Assembly (NCBI GenBank): GCA_038740375.1
Contig: JAVYLW010000002.1
Coordinates: 81,877-145,876 of the forward strand
Reading direction: 5' to 3'
Length of the DNA: 64,000 nt
Source: Candidatus Pacearchaeota archaeon
GTDB taxonomy: Archaea; Nanobdellota; Nanobdellia; Pacearchaeales; GW2011-AR1
Part shown: piece after piece, positions 38,304 through 49,089 of the stretch
Layout of the letters: each line of letters begins with the position of its first letter
Position numbering within the stretch: the stretch's first letter is position 1
The notes under the pieces: model-generated
The model's database searches: none
What the model saw: the letters and a program-made list of their open reading frames with translations, nothing else
What the model was told of the DNA's origin: nothing
Program-made: the position numbers and the translations under genes

Positions 38304-38579
38304 AAAATAAATAAAGAAAGATTTATTTTAAACTTTTTTATTTTCAAAGATATAAGAAATATTTCAAGTTAATAAAGAATATCTCAAAATTAATCAGAAA
38401 AAAATAGAACCCACTATAAAAAATTAATTTTCATAATAAAAATTATCTTTTTATTTAGTATATTGATAAATAATTATTTATTCAGAAATTATCATTTCTT
38501 AATTAAAAAATTAATTTAGATGTTTCTGAGTTTTTTATTGAATCTAAGAATAATCTAAATATCTTTAAAATATTTATTC

Positions 38580-39332
38580 TTATTTCCAAATAATTTTCTT
38601 AATTTTTTTAGTAATTTCTAGTGGCTTTTCAGATTGCCAGATATTTCTTCCTATAGCTAATCCAATTGCTCCTGAATCCATTATTTCTTTAACTTGTTTT
38701 AAAAGTATTTTTTCCTCTGACTTAACACCTCCTGCAATAACAATCTTCGTTTTACCTGCAGACTTAACAGCCCATTTTAAATCATCCGAATTTCCGTTGT
38801 ATTGCAACTTTATGATATCAGCTCCAATCTCAAGACCTACTCTAGCTGAATAAGCCATCAATTCACGCGAATTTTTATTTTTTACACTTTTACCTCTTGG
38901 ATATATCCACGCTATAACAGGAAGTTTAAATTTGTGAGCTTCACGTTCAATATTTTCAAATTCTTGTAGCATTATATTCTCATATTCACTTCCTATATAT
39001 ATAGTATATCCAACAGCAACAGCTCCAAGTTTAATTGCTTCATCGACAGTACAAAGTTGTCTTGACAAAGGTTCGCCATTACTTAGATTTGTTTTTCCAT
39101 TAAGTTTAACTATCAATGGAATTTTTGATTTTTTAATTTCTTGATTATATTTTTCAGAAATTCCTTTTTGAAAAATAACAGCATTATATTTCCCTTTTTT
39201 AGCAATATTAATTATATAATTAGGATCAACATTTTTATCATTAAAATCAGTTGGTCCGTGTTCAAGCCCTTGATCATAAGCTAAAAATAAAGCTTTCCCT
39301 TTTGTAGTTATTTTATCTAAATTAGTTTTCAT
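38580..39332 (-). CDS. fba: Class I fructose-bisphosphate aldolase of the archaeal DhnA/FbaB family (or the related ADH synthase)
   Basis: 250 aa TIM-barrel. LFLAYDQGLEHGP...DIIKLQY...GGVK...GLAIGRNIWQ. Confidence 0.7.
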   Translation of the reverse strand: MKTNLDKITTKGKALFLAYDQGLEHGPTDFNDKNVDPNYIINIAKKGKYNAVIFQKGISEKYNQEIKKSKIPLIVKLNGKTNLSNGEPLSRQLCTVDEAIKLGAVAVGYTIYIGSEYENIMLQEFENIEREAHKFKLPVIAWIYPRGKSVKNKNSRELMAYSARVGLEIGADIIKLQYNGNSDDLKWAVKSAGKTKIVIAGGVKSEEKILLKQVKEIMDSGAIGLAIGRNIWQSEKPLEITKKIKKIIWK

Positions 39333-39580
39333 CTCACCTTTTTCTTACAAATTATTCTATGTGAAAGGAATAATTAATTAAATTAAATTTTTCATAAATT
39401 TATAGAATAATATAAGAATTTTAGTTTATATATTTTTACAAAATAAATATTTTCAAAGTTAAAAAAACTTAAGAATCACTTATATTTTTAAAATTTTAAA
39501 CATACTTTAAAATGATTTTCAAGATATTCAATTTCTAAATAAAAATCTAATCTTAAATTGAAAAACGATATTTATATAGT

Positions 39581-40522
39581 TTAAATTTTATTTAAATGCT
39601 GTCTTTTAATATTCATTTTAATAAGATTATTTTTAGCTCCTGGAAATTGAATAACGCTTTCAGATTCCTTAAGTCCAAGTTCAAGACATCTTTTTATAGG
39701 CCATCCTAACAAACATCCTGCAATAAATCCTGAAGCAAAAGCATCACCTGCTCCTGTTCTTTCAACAACTCTTATATTTTTATGAGGTTTTACGGAGTAT
39801 TTTCTTATTCCGTCAAAACAAATTGCAGGATTATCTTTATCTGTTACCACAACAATTTTTACACCAAGCTCATGTAATTCTTCTAATATATTCTCACAAG
39901 GTTTTTTATATTTTTTACAAAGAGATTCTGCTTCTTCTTTATTTAATATGATAACATAAGTTATCTTTAACAAATCTGAAATATCAAGATTATTTATAAT
40001 ATAACTACTTGGATTAAAAGCAATTTTCGTCCCTTTTTTTAATAATCTAAAAGCTAATATTTTCTGTGTATTAAAACTTTTTCCTAAAAGTGCAGAGTAA
40101 TAAAGCCATTTGGTATTAAACTTTTTAGAACTAATATCTTTAAATGAAATATCATTGTTAACTCCTTTATAGGTTAAAATTGTTCTTTCACCTCCTGTGC
40201 TGTCAAGTATAACAGAATATCCTGTCATACCTTTTTTATCAATTTTTCCTAAAAAATCAACCTTTTCTTTCTTCAATAATTCGACTATTCTCCTTCCATT
40301 TTCGTCATTACCAACATTAGTTATACATCCTGTTTTAAAGCCAAGTCTTGAAAAAGCAACAGCAGTATTTGTTCCTCCACCGCCAACGTCAAACATCAAT
40401 TTTTTTATAAGAAGTTTTCCTCCAACAGGATAACACATTTCCTTACCTTTTTCATGACAATCTGTATGAACAAACACGTCAATAACAGCACTTCCAAACG
40501 TCACGATATCAAAATTTTTCAT
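39581..40522 (-). CDS. PfkB-family carbohydrate/nucleoside kinase
   Basis: DVGGGGTNTAVAF near the N-terminus and the C-terminal TGAGDAFASGFIAG. Confidence 0.8.
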   Translation of the reverse strand: MKNFDIVTFGSAVIDVFVHTDCHEKGKEMCYPVGGKLLIKKLMFDVGGGGTNTAVAFSRLGFKTGCITNVGNDENGRRIVELLKKEKVDFLGKIDKKGMTGYSVILDSTGGERTILTYKGVNNDISFKDISSKKFNTKWLYYSALLGKSFNTQKILAFRLLKKGTKIAFNPSSYIINNLDISDLLKITYVIILNKEEAESLCKKYKKPCENILEELHELGVKIVVVTDKDNPAICFDGIRKYSVKPHKNIRVVERTGAGDAFASGFIAGCLLGWPIKRCLELGLKESESVIQFPGAKNNLIKMNIKRQHLNKI

Positions 40523-40698
40523 AACTCACCAGTTTTACTTTAATTTAAAGAAAGTATAAGTTAAAAACTTTTTTATTTTCAGCATCTTAACAAATTCTTA
40601 AAAAAATATATAAAAAATAATCTTCAAAAATGATAATTTCAAAGAATTTTAAATTTTTATACAAAAATTTTAAATATATAATTTTTTTTTTTCTTGAA

Positions 40699-41340
40699 AT
40701 GAATAAAAAAAAAGTCTTAATTATTGTGGCCCATCCAGATGATGAAACTATTTTTATGGGAGGAACGATTTATAAAAATACATTAAAAGAAAACAATTGG
40801 GATCTTACAATATTTTCTCTCTGTAGAAAAAATGATCCCGATAGAGCTCCTAAATTTCAAAAAGTTTGTGAATATTACAATGCAAAATGTTTGATGTCAG
40901 ATATTGAAGATGAAACTTTAGAACCTGTAGATATAAATGAAATGATCAAAAAAATAACTGAACTTGCTAATAAAGAATATGACGAAATTTACACTCATGG
41001 AAAAGAAGGAGAATATGGTCATATAAGACACAAAGAAGTTTATAAAGCAGTTAGAAAAATTATTAGAAAAAAATTAATAAAAGCAAAAGAGATTTTCTTT
41101 TTTTCATATCAAATCAGAGAAGCAATTGGAACTGATACTGGGTTTGATACATATGCATACCAAAATGCAGATAAATTTATAAATTTGAATGAAATTGAAT
41201 TTTTAGCTAAAAAAAATATTATAACAAATTTATACGGATTTTCGAAAGGCAGTTTCGAGGAAAGAAACTGCAGAGAATTCGAATCATTTGATACTCGAAA
41301 GTCATTAAGAGTAAGACTTTTAAACATCATAAAAAAATGA
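40699..41340 (+). CDS. PIG-L/LmbE-family N-acetylglucosaminyl deacetylase
   Basis: VLIIVAHPDDETIFMGGTI...HIRHKEV. The track start at 40630 is probably too long; ATG at 40699. Confidence 0.75.
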   Translation: MNKKKVLIIVAHPDDETIFMGGTIYKNTLKENNWDLTIFSLCRKNDPDRAPKFQKVCEYYNAKCLMSDIEDETLEPVDINEMIKKITELANKEYDEIYTHGKEGEYGHIRHKEVYKAVRKIIRKKLIKAKEIFFFSYQIREAIGTDTGFDTYAYQNADKFINLNEIEFLAKKNIITNLYGFSKGSFEERNCREFESFDTRKSLRVRLLNIIKK

Positions 41341-42479
41341 GATGCTTAGTAATGTATCCTTATCCTCCAGAATCTGATGGACAAAGTCTTCAAGGAGATT
41401 TACTTTACCGAGGACTTTTATATCATAAAATAGATGCAATTCCATGTCATTTTAAAGACGGAATTCAAAAAGAATTTTATTTAAGACATTTAAAACCGAA
41501 AGTAGCTTTTGGAGTAGGTTTTTGGGGAAATGTTCCAGAAGTCATTCGTGAACCATTAAAATTTGGAGTTACACCTGTTCCATGGTTTAATGCAGATGGA
41601 TGGGTAGCTAACTACAAAGAAGAATTTGACAAACTAAAACTAATGTTCACAACAAGCAATTGGGTAAAAAGTATTTATGAGAGAGATGGAATTAATGTTT
41701 CTAAAATAATACCAATGCATATTGGAATAGATACTGATTTATTTAAGCCTAATAATGACAAAGAAATGAATCTTGCTGTAAGAAGAATGTGTGGAGTTAG
41801 AGATAATGAAAAAATGATTTTAACAATAGGTGGTGATGTAACTTCAAAAGGAGCTCAGGAAATGTTCAAGGCTTTAGCAAGTATAGACAATGAATTCAAA
41901 AATTGGAAATATGTTTGTAAAGCATGGCCAAGTGAATGTGCAAGTAGTTGGAGAGAAAAAGAAGAAAGATTAGTTGAAGAACTAAAAATACAAGACAAAG
42001 TAATTTTTATTGATGATGTTTTTTCTCAAGAATTTATGGCAAATATATTAAATGCTTGCGATATTTACGCTGCACCTTCTAGAATTGAAGGTTTTGGAAT
42101 GATACAAGTAGAAGCTATGGCATGTGGAAAACCGGTAATATCAATAAATGCAGGAGGACCTGCTGAAACAATAATTCATAACAAAACAGGATTTCTAGCA
42201 AAAGTAGCAGAGGAAATTAAATTATCTGAGGAATGGGCTTATCCCTCAATGGGATTTTCAACAAAACAAATAATAAAATTTGACAAACCAAAAACTTTTG
42301 GATATAGAGCAGACATTGAAGATTTAAAAAATTATACATTAAAACTTTTATCTGATGAAACACTTTGCGAAAAAATGGGAAAAGCTGCAAGAGAGCATGT
42401 ATTAAAGAATTTTGACTACAGAATAACATCAAAAAAGATGTGGGACATAACAGTTGAAAAACTGGAATTAAAAGAATAA
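41337..42479 (+). CDS. GT4 (group 1) glycosyltransferase
   Basis: SRIEGFGMIQVEAMACGKPVISINAGGPAETIIHNKTGFL. ATGA overlap with the preceding deacetylase gene. Confidence 0.75.
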   Translation: MRCLVMYPYPPESDGQSLQGDLLYRGLLYHKIDAIPCHFKDGIQKEFYLRHLKPKVAFGVGFWGNVPEVIREPLKFGVTPVPWFNADGWVANYKEEFDKLKLMFTTSNWVKSIYERDGINVSKIIPMHIGIDTDLFKPNNDKEMNLAVRRMCGVRDNEKMILTIGGDVTSKGAQEMFKALASIDNEFKNWKYVCKAWPSECASSWREKEERLVEELKIQDKVIFIDDVFSQEFMANILNACDIYAAPSRIEGFGMIQVEAMACGKPVISINAGGPAETIIHNKTGFLAKVAEEIKLSEEWAYPSMGFSTKQIIKFDKPKTFGYRADIEDLKNYTLKLLSDETLCEKMGKAAREHVLKNFDYRITSKKMWDITVEKLELKE

Positions 42480-42613
42480 TTTTAACTCAACTCTAATATT
42501 TATTAAAACATTCAAAATTCAAATTTTAATAAATCAAGTTTAAAAATCATTAAAACAATTTATAGCTCATTGATGTAAGAGAATTTATTAAAAAATTTAA
42601 AAATAATTATTAA

Positions 42614-43807
42614 TCAATTAACTTTAACCAAATTTCTTAATATCTCATTTATTTCTACTTTTTTTACTGTAGTAATTCTATCACCAGCTCCAGAGTATAT
42701 CAATAGATCTTTATTATTTCTATCAATAATAGCTCCTGTAGGAAATATAACTCTTTTTTGTTCAAAAGTTCCTTGTTCATGCGGTTGAACAGGTGTTATT
42801 AAAAAATCCTTAGATTTAGCTATAACTTTTTCAGGATTATTTAAATCAAATAAAACTCCTCCAACTGAATATAGAGTAACTTTTTTTATTAAATCCTCTC
42901 TTAAACTAGACAACTTCTTATAAATATCGTCTTTAGATCTTAGAATTTTTCTAATCTTTCTCATTATCTCTTTATCTTGATCTTCTTCTTTAAACTCCGT
43001 AACTGCATGATATAATAATAACCAACCTTTCTTTGTTTTTATAGGAGGTGGTCCTGCACCATTTCTTGGACAAAAGCCATCTTCTTCATATATGCAAGGT
43101 ATAGGTTTTAAGTCACCCCAAGATTTTAAATCATTAGAATAAGCTATCCAAATATGCGGTTGACTAAACTGAAAGTTTCCTTCAGGTCTATCAAAAGCAA
43201 CATATTTGCCGTTTATTTTTTCAGGAAATATTACAACGTCTTTATCCTGCTCTCCAAAAACAATACCTTTTCGTTTCCAATTTATACAATCATCAGACAC
43301 TGCTAATGCAGTAGATATATTGTGCTCTCTTGATAAACTAACATAAGTCATAATATATTTATCACCTATTTTAGTTATTCTAGGATCCTCAACACCAAGC
43401 TCGCCATCACTAGAAATTCCATAAAAGCTAGGTTTTTTATCAATTGAAAGTATCTTAAAACCACTTTTATCTAATAAAACTCTTCTAAAATGAGAAATAA
43501 ACTTTAGTCTCTTTGTACGATTCTTAAACAAAATATCAAGGTCTGTATTATCTTCAATTTCATCTTTATAAAATCTGTCAATTTCCACCTTGAATTCCTT
43601 CTTACCAACCATCCTTGGAGAATAAACATACTTATCATCTTCATTTTTAATCAATTTTTCAATTACTCTAACATACATCATAATATTACCATCATCGAGT
43701 CTAACCACGCCAGGATTTAAAACTCCAAGAACTTCAAACTTTCTAGAACTAGGTTTAATATCTTCTGGTCTTAGTAATATTTCCTCTTTTTTAATCTTAA
43801 TAGCCAT
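42614..43807 (-). CDS. GH130-family glycoside phosphorylase/hydrolase (beta-mannoside phosphorylase-like)
   Basis: VLNPGVV...GVEDPRITKIGDKYIMTYV...KDVVIFPEKINGKY...RNGAGPPPIKT..GWLLLYH...IYSGAGD. Confidence 0.75.
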   Translation of the reverse strand: MAIKIKKEEILLRPEDIKPSSRKFEVLGVLNPGVVRLDDGNIMMYVRVIEKLIKNEDDKYVYSPRMVGKKEFKVEIDRFYKDEIEDNTDLDILFKNRTKRLKFISHFRRVLLDKSGFKILSIDKKPSFYGISSDGELGVEDPRITKIGDKYIMTYVSLSREHNISTALAVSDDCINWKRKGIVFGEQDKDVVIFPEKINGKYVAFDRPEGNFQFSQPHIWIAYSNDLKSWGDLKPIPCIYEEDGFCPRNGAGPPPIKTKKGWLLLYHAVTEFKEEDQDKEIMRKIRKILRSKDDIYKKLSSLREDLIKKVTLYSVGGVLFDLNNPEKVIAKSKDFLITPVQPHEQGTFEQKRVIFPTGAIIDRNNKDLLIYSGAGDRITTVKKVEINEILRNLVKVN

Positions 43808-44014
43808 CTTTATGAATTTTCACAAAAATTTTATTTTCTTAAAATTTAAAGGAAAAAAAGATTTATAAACCTTTATAAGAATTTCTCATTTTTTAAAGAT
43901 TAATTCTAAAATTTAATAATTTTTTTTATAAATCTTTTTTTAATTTTTACAGATAACTTTTTAATAAAGATGATTGGGAGTGACATAGTTTATTAAAACA
44001 ATTATTTTTCTATT

Positions 44015-45124
44015 TTACAATAAAACTTTTTCTTCATCTAAAGATTCATAAGCCAAAATATACATACCAGCTTCCCAAGCTTGAAGTAAACCATAGTGTT
44101 TTCTTGTTTTTGGATGAGTCCATTCTGGAAAATTCCCACTAAGATTTCTTTCAGCTAGTTTATACAAAGAACTCTCCGCATCTCTTAATCTATTGCATTT
44201 TATCAATGATAGAATATAAAATCCTCCAATATAACCCCAAATTCCACCATTTAAATAACTGTTCGGTTTTCCTGCCTCACAATCCATATAATAATCTTTC
44301 CAGTCTCTATGTTTTCTAGTAATTGGTGGAAATATTGCTCTTACTGGATAAGGCGTATCTATTTTTTTAGATTTTACATAAGATAATATCTTATTTGCAT
44401 GTTCTTTATCAGCTAAATCATAAACAATAGCAAGAAAATTTCCTAAACTATCAAACCAATCTCCTATCTCTTGATATTTGTTATGATTTTTCCATCTATA
44501 AGGAACATAATAATTTCCATTCCATAAAGATTTATCTTCATCTTCATTTACAGTTTTCTTCAATTTTATAGCAGAATCTTCATCCCATATAAGGTTTAAA
44601 ACTTTATAAAAAAGTGCTTGTGTATTTATAGTATATCCATATTTATGTGGAAAAGCATCCTGCCAGTCAGTTGTGGGAAGTTGTGCAAGCATATTATTTT
44701 CTCCGATATCCTGACATCTAAGCCAATAAATAGCTTTTTCAATATTAGACTTATATTTTTTCATTAAGCTATCATCATTATACCTATCTCTATAAACATA
44801 ATTTCCAATTATAAACCATAGAGTAGAATCTATTGTCTGAAAATCAACATGAGGTTTTCTATCTTCCCACTTATCAACGCAATTTGCAATTTGTCCTGTC
44901 TTTCCTTGATTTTCAGCAAGGGTAATTATACTATTTTTAAAAACTTCTTTAAAAAAAGAATTATTACAAACACTTGCTCCAATCATAGAAATCATCGAGT
45001 CACGAGCCCAAACAGCATTATATCCTTTTGGACCTGCAGATGCATAAAGACCATTAGGAGTTGAGCATAACTCAATTACTTTTATAGCTTTTTCATAACA
45101 TTTCTTCAAAATATCTTTTTCCAT
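44015..45124 (-). CDS. (alpha/alpha)6-barrel glycoside hydrolase, GDE_C / GH100 (neutral invertase)-like
   Basis: NAVWARDSMISMIGA, IDSTLWFIIG, PTTDWQDAF, NSYLNGGIWGYIGGFYI and FPEWTHP...QAWEAGMYI parallel the GH100/debranching-enzyme C-terminal motifs. Confidence 0.6.
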   Translation of the reverse strand: MEKDILKKCYEKAIKVIELCSTPNGLYASAGPKGYNAVWARDSMISMIGASVCNNSFFKEVFKNSIITLAENQGKTGQIANCVDKWEDRKPHVDFQTIDSTLWFIIGNYVYRDRYNDDSLMKKYKSNIEKAIYWLRCQDIGENNMLAQLPTTDWQDAFPHKYGYTINTQALFYKVLNLIWDEDSAIKLKKTVNEDEDKSLWNGNYYVPYRWKNHNKYQEIGDWFDSLGNFLAIVYDLADKEHANKILSYVKSKKIDTPYPVRAIFPPITRKHRDWKDYYMDCEAGKPNSYLNGGIWGYIGGFYILSLIKCNRLRDAESSLYKLAERNLSGNFPEWTHPKTRKHYGLLQAWEAGMYILAYESLDEEKVLL

Positions 45125-45282
45125 TATTCACCAATTTTACATAATTACAAAATAATTTTAGATTATAAACTTAACTTTTATAAAAATATATAAAGTTATA
45201 AGTATAAAATAAGTTTTAGCTATCTAATGTATCTTCTATTAAAATAAAAAGATTAGATTAAATAATTAATATAAAAATTTAT

Positions 45283-46245
45283 TTATTGTTTTTTAATTTC
45301 ATCACTAATAGGAGTCTCTCCCATCTTAGTTCCTTTAATTTTAGAAAGATAATAACCTAAAAAATCTGCAAAATAAATGAATAAAAACATTCTTTCTTCT
45401 CTATGATAATGATAAAATTCAAATTCAAAATAATTATTCATCTTCTGTCTAAAAAAAGCAATTTGTTTTACAAACTCTAAACTTTCTTCTTTATCCAAAA
45501 TAATTATCGGATAAAATCTACTTACAGGAAAAGCTTCAAGTTCATTATGAAAAAGTTCAGTTATTCTATTTGAATGAGCTATTATTTTAGCATCTTCTTC
45601 TAATGAAGTCTGCATTCTATAACAAGCAGGATAAAAATAGTTTGTTCCATATATTAAAGGATTTCTAAATCTAAATTTTTTTGATAAATCTCTAGCATCT
45701 ATTTCAATATTTTTTTTATTTTTATTTAAAACTTTTATTATATCGATAACAATATTTTCTTTTCTTTCTTCTAAAAAAGAAATATCAAATAATTTTAAAA
45801 GAGGGAAAAAAACATAAGGAAAAGTAAATCTTTGATGCAAATCTGATTTTATTTCAATTAAGTGTGTCTTGTTTTCTTTAGCAAGAAAAAGAAGCTCTCC
45901 TCCTGATGTTACTATAACTATATTGCCTTTTATTTTTTTAGATAAAAGTGTATTATAAAAATTCAATACTTCTTTTGTATTACCAGAATAGCTAACTAGT
46001 ATAATTAAAGTATCTCTTTTTAATGAATTTATTCTTCCAGAATAACCAGGACAAACTTCCATAGGAATTTTAAGTTCGTCACGTAGCATTTCTTTCAAAA
46101 CAAGTCCTGCAATATAACATCCACCCATTCCAACAAAAATAATTTTTTTTGGTTTTTTCTCTATTTTAATAACTTTCGTTTTCCAAGCTTCTCTAATTCT
46201 ATCAGGAAATTTATTAATTATATTATATACTATTTTTTCAGCCAT
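45283..46245 (-). CDS. Bifunctional phosphoglucose/phosphomannose isomerase (archaeal SIS-domain PGI/PMI)
   Basis: IIFVGMGGCYIAG, VSYSGNTKE and C-terminal ...GETPISDEIK. 320 aa. Confidence 0.7.
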   Translation of the reverse strand: MAEKIVYNIINKFPDRIREAWKTKVIKIEKKPKKIIFVGMGGCYIAGLVLKEMLRDELKIPMEVCPGYSGRINSLKRDTLIILVSYSGNTKEVLNFYNTLLSKKIKGNIVIVTSGGELLFLAKENKTHLIEIKSDLHQRFTFPYVFFPLLKLFDISFLEERKENIVIDIIKVLNKNKKNIEIDARDLSKKFRFRNPLIYGTNYFYPACYRMQTSLEEDAKIIAHSNRITELFHNELEAFPVSRFYPIIILDKEESLEFVKQIAFFRQKMNNYFEFEFYHYHREERMFLFIYFADFLGYYLSKIKGTKMGETPISDEIKKQ

Positions 46246-46332
46246 GAAATATTTTAAAATTTTTTTCTCTTTTTTAATCTAAATAAAAGTATAGTTAATT
46301 TATAAATTTTACAATACAACCAAATTTTTATT

Positions 46333-47397
46333 TTATTTAACTTTTTCTAAACTTCTTAATATATCTGAAATTTTTATTTTTCTTAAAGTTATATACTTAT
46401 CTGCAGAACCAGAATAAATTAAAACAGATTTTTTATCTAAATCTTCAACTATTCCTGTTGGAAAAGAAACATTATTAACAAAACCTTTTTTATCATAGAA
46501 ATTTGAAGGAGAAAAAAGAGGTTTTTCAATAGGTGTTTGAGCAATTATTTTTTCAGGATTTTTCAAATCTAATAAAACAGCACCAGCACTATAAACTCTA
46601 TTATTAACGCCGTGGTAAATCTCAAGCCATCCACTACTTGTTTTTAAAGGAGGACAACCAGCTCCAATTCTGATATTATCCCAAGAAGAATCTCTTCTTG
46701 GATGAAGTATACATCTTGACTTGCCCCAATAAATCAAATTTTTAGAATAACTAATCCAAATAGAAGGATTATTAAAATTAAAAGTTCCAACAGGTCTATG
46801 TAAAGCTACAAATTCTTTATTAATTTTTTCAGGAAATAATGTAACATCTTTATTCTCATGATTAAATATTATCCCTTTTCTTTCCCATTTTACAAGATTT
46901 TTTGAAACAGCTAAAGAAGTTGTTATACCATCTCTAATAGAAACAGAAACATATGTCATATAATACTTATCATTAATTTTAACAATTCTAGGATCCTCCA
47001 CTCCACATTCTTCATATTCCTCACAAGGAAAAAAAACAGGTTCTTTTTCAATTTTAATTATTTTCTCTCCAGATTTATCTAAAACTACTTTTCTAAAATG
47101 TGAAATATTAGATAATCTAACAGTATTATTTCTTAAAAAAATAACATTACCTTCTTTTCTTAAAAAAATATCATCATCAACCTTCTCTATCTTATATTTT
47201 CCTTTTCTTTCAGGAATTATTACAGGATATTCATATTTTGATTTAGACAAAAATCTCTCTGCAACTCTAACAAACAAAATAACTCTGTTTTCCTTATCCC
47301 TTATAGCACCAGGATTAAAAACTCCTTCAATTTTCCAATTTTTAAAATATGGCTTAAAATCATTCGGTCTAAGCAAAAGTTTTTCTTTTACCTTCAT
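46333..47397 (-). CDS. GH130-family glycoside phosphorylase/hydrolase (second paralog)
   Basis: VFNPGAI...GVEDPRIVKINDKYYMTYV...KDVTLFPEKINKEF...IGAGCPPLKT..GWLEIYHG...IYSGSAD. Confidence 0.75.
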   Translation of the reverse strand: MKVKEKLLLRPNDFKPYFKNWKIEGVFNPGAIRDKENRVILFVRVAERFLSKSKYEYPVIIPERKGKYKIEKVDDDIFLRKEGNVIFLRNNTVRLSNISHFRKVVLDKSGEKIIKIEKEPVFFPCEEYEECGVEDPRIVKINDKYYMTYVSVSIRDGITTSLAVSKNLVKWERKGIIFNHENKDVTLFPEKINKEFVALHRPVGTFNFNNPSIWISYSKNLIYWGKSRCILHPRRDSSWDNIRIGAGCPPLKTSSGWLEIYHGVNNRVYSAGAVLLDLKNPEKIIAQTPIEKPLFSPSNFYDKKGFVNNVSFPTGIVEDLDKKSVLIYSGSADKYITLRKIKISDILRSLEKVK

Positions 47398-47567
47398 AAC
47401 TTCACCACTATTAATTTATAATAACATTAATGATTAATAAAACTATTTATTATATAAAAATTATAAAGAACATACTCTAAAAAATATTAATCAACTATAT
47501 TAAATTTGTTATCTTAATAATTACAATTTAATTTTTGAAATGATGAGATTTTTAATTATTTTTGATT

Positions 47568-48737
47568 TTAAGAATTATTCATAATGCCAAGAGCAACAAG
47601 TCCTGGTAATTTTTCTCCTGCAATATAATTTAATAAAGCTCCACCAGAAAGACTAATATGTCCAAATTTTTTAGTAGGAATACCTGACATTTTTATTGCA
47701 TCAGATAAATGTCCGCCTCCTATTAGAGAAAAAGCTTTTGATTTAGAAATAGCTTTTAAGATTTCTATTGTTCCTTTTGCATATTTTTCTATAGAAGTAT
47801 TTCCAAAAGGACCTTTCATATAAATAGCAGAAGCTTTATTAATCTCATCTAAATAATGACTTAAAGTTTTAGCTCCAATATCTTCAATCTCATAACTAAG
47901 AGGAAATTCTTCTAATGAATATTCTCTTCTTTCTCCATTCTCATCAACTGCAAAATCAACAGGCATTTCTACATTTGTTAACTTAGTTTTTAATAATTTC
48001 AAAAATTCATTATAATCTCCTTTAATTAAAGTTGCTTTTTTTAAAAATTCATTTTGATATCCAAGATTTTTTCCAGAAGCAACTAAACAAAGTTGAGCAA
48101 AAAGTCCTCCTGAAAGAACTTTTTTTCCCTTCAAAAGTTTTATATTTTCTTCAGGTTTAGCACCTCCTAACAAATAAATACAATCGTTTATTGAAATTTT
48201 CTCAAGAGCTTTAAGTTCTTTTTCAAGAATTCTTCCGACACAAGAGAATGGAACAGACTTAGGAAGTTCAACAATTGAAGAATGTGCCCTATGACATACT
48301 GAAAATGCATCATTTACATATATATCAAATAATTTTCCAAGAGCTTTAATTCTATTTGGTGTCTTTGAAGGATCTATCTCTTCTTCTAAGTTTCTAATAT
48401 TATCAAGAAGCAAAGCTTCTCCTGCTTTTAAGCTCTTTATAGATCTGATTGCTTTCTCCCCAACAATATCATCAATAAATTTTATTCTTACAAATTCATT
48501 TAATAATTTAGCATGTTGTGAGAGATTAATAAAATCATCTTTTCCAGGATTTCCCTGATGAGCAATAACTACAACCTTAGCTTTTTTATTTAAAAGTTCT
48601 AATATTGTTTTTGAAGACTCTATAATCCTTTCATTCATCTTTATCTTTCCAGAAACAACATCAGAATTAATATCAGCTCTAACAATAACAAATTTATTTT
48701 TAAAATCAAAATTATCAAGAGTTTTAAAATTCATCAT
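47568..48737 (-). CDS. pgk: Phosphoglycerate kinase
   Basis: VIVRADINS...AHQG.PG...NDAFS.CHRAHSS...GGA...SLSGGALL. Confidence 0.9.
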   Translation of the reverse strand: MMNFKTLDNFDFKNKFVIVRADINSDVVSGKIKMNERIIESSKTILELLNKKAKVVVIAHQGNPGKDDFINLSQHAKLLNEFVRIKFIDDIVGEKAIRSIKSLKAGEALLLDNIRNLEEEIDPSKTPNRIKALGKLFDIYVNDAFSVCHRAHSSIVELPKSVPFSCVGRILEKELKALEKISINDCIYLLGGAKPEENIKLLKGKKVLSGGLFAQLCLVASGKNLGYQNEFLKKATLIKGDYNEFLKLLKTKLTNVEMPVDFAVDENGERREYSLEEFPLSYEIEDIGAKTLSHYLDEINKASAIYMKGPFGNTSIEKYAKGTIEILKAISKSKAFSLIGGGHLSDAIKMSGIPTKKFGHISLSGGALLNYIAGEKLPGLVALGIMNNS

Positions 48738-49089
48738 TTTACTTTTTTGTTAATAACTAAAAAGAGTTAATTTATTATTTAAATTTAACTAAAAATACAA
48801 AGAAAAAGAATAATTATATAAATTAATAGTAAAATCGTTTTTATAAAGGAATTATAATACAAAATTATATTATTAAAAAGAGATAATTAAAGTATACTCT
48901 CTATAAAAATTTATATTATTATAATACATAAAGCTCAAAAATTTCTTAACAAGAAATACATTACAAATATAATTAAAATTAAAATAATAATTGCTGTTAA
49001 TCCAACAATTAACCATTTTTTTTTCATATAAAATTAAATAAATAATATTATTTAAATCTTTTTTTAGCAAACATATATAAATCTTAGTT

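Noticed and set aside
48873-49070. 65-aa ORF in the pgk-trxB spacer.
   Set aside because: The sequence is a low-complexity N/Y/I/K-rich peptide with no motif and no convincing start context. It is most likely non-coding spacer.
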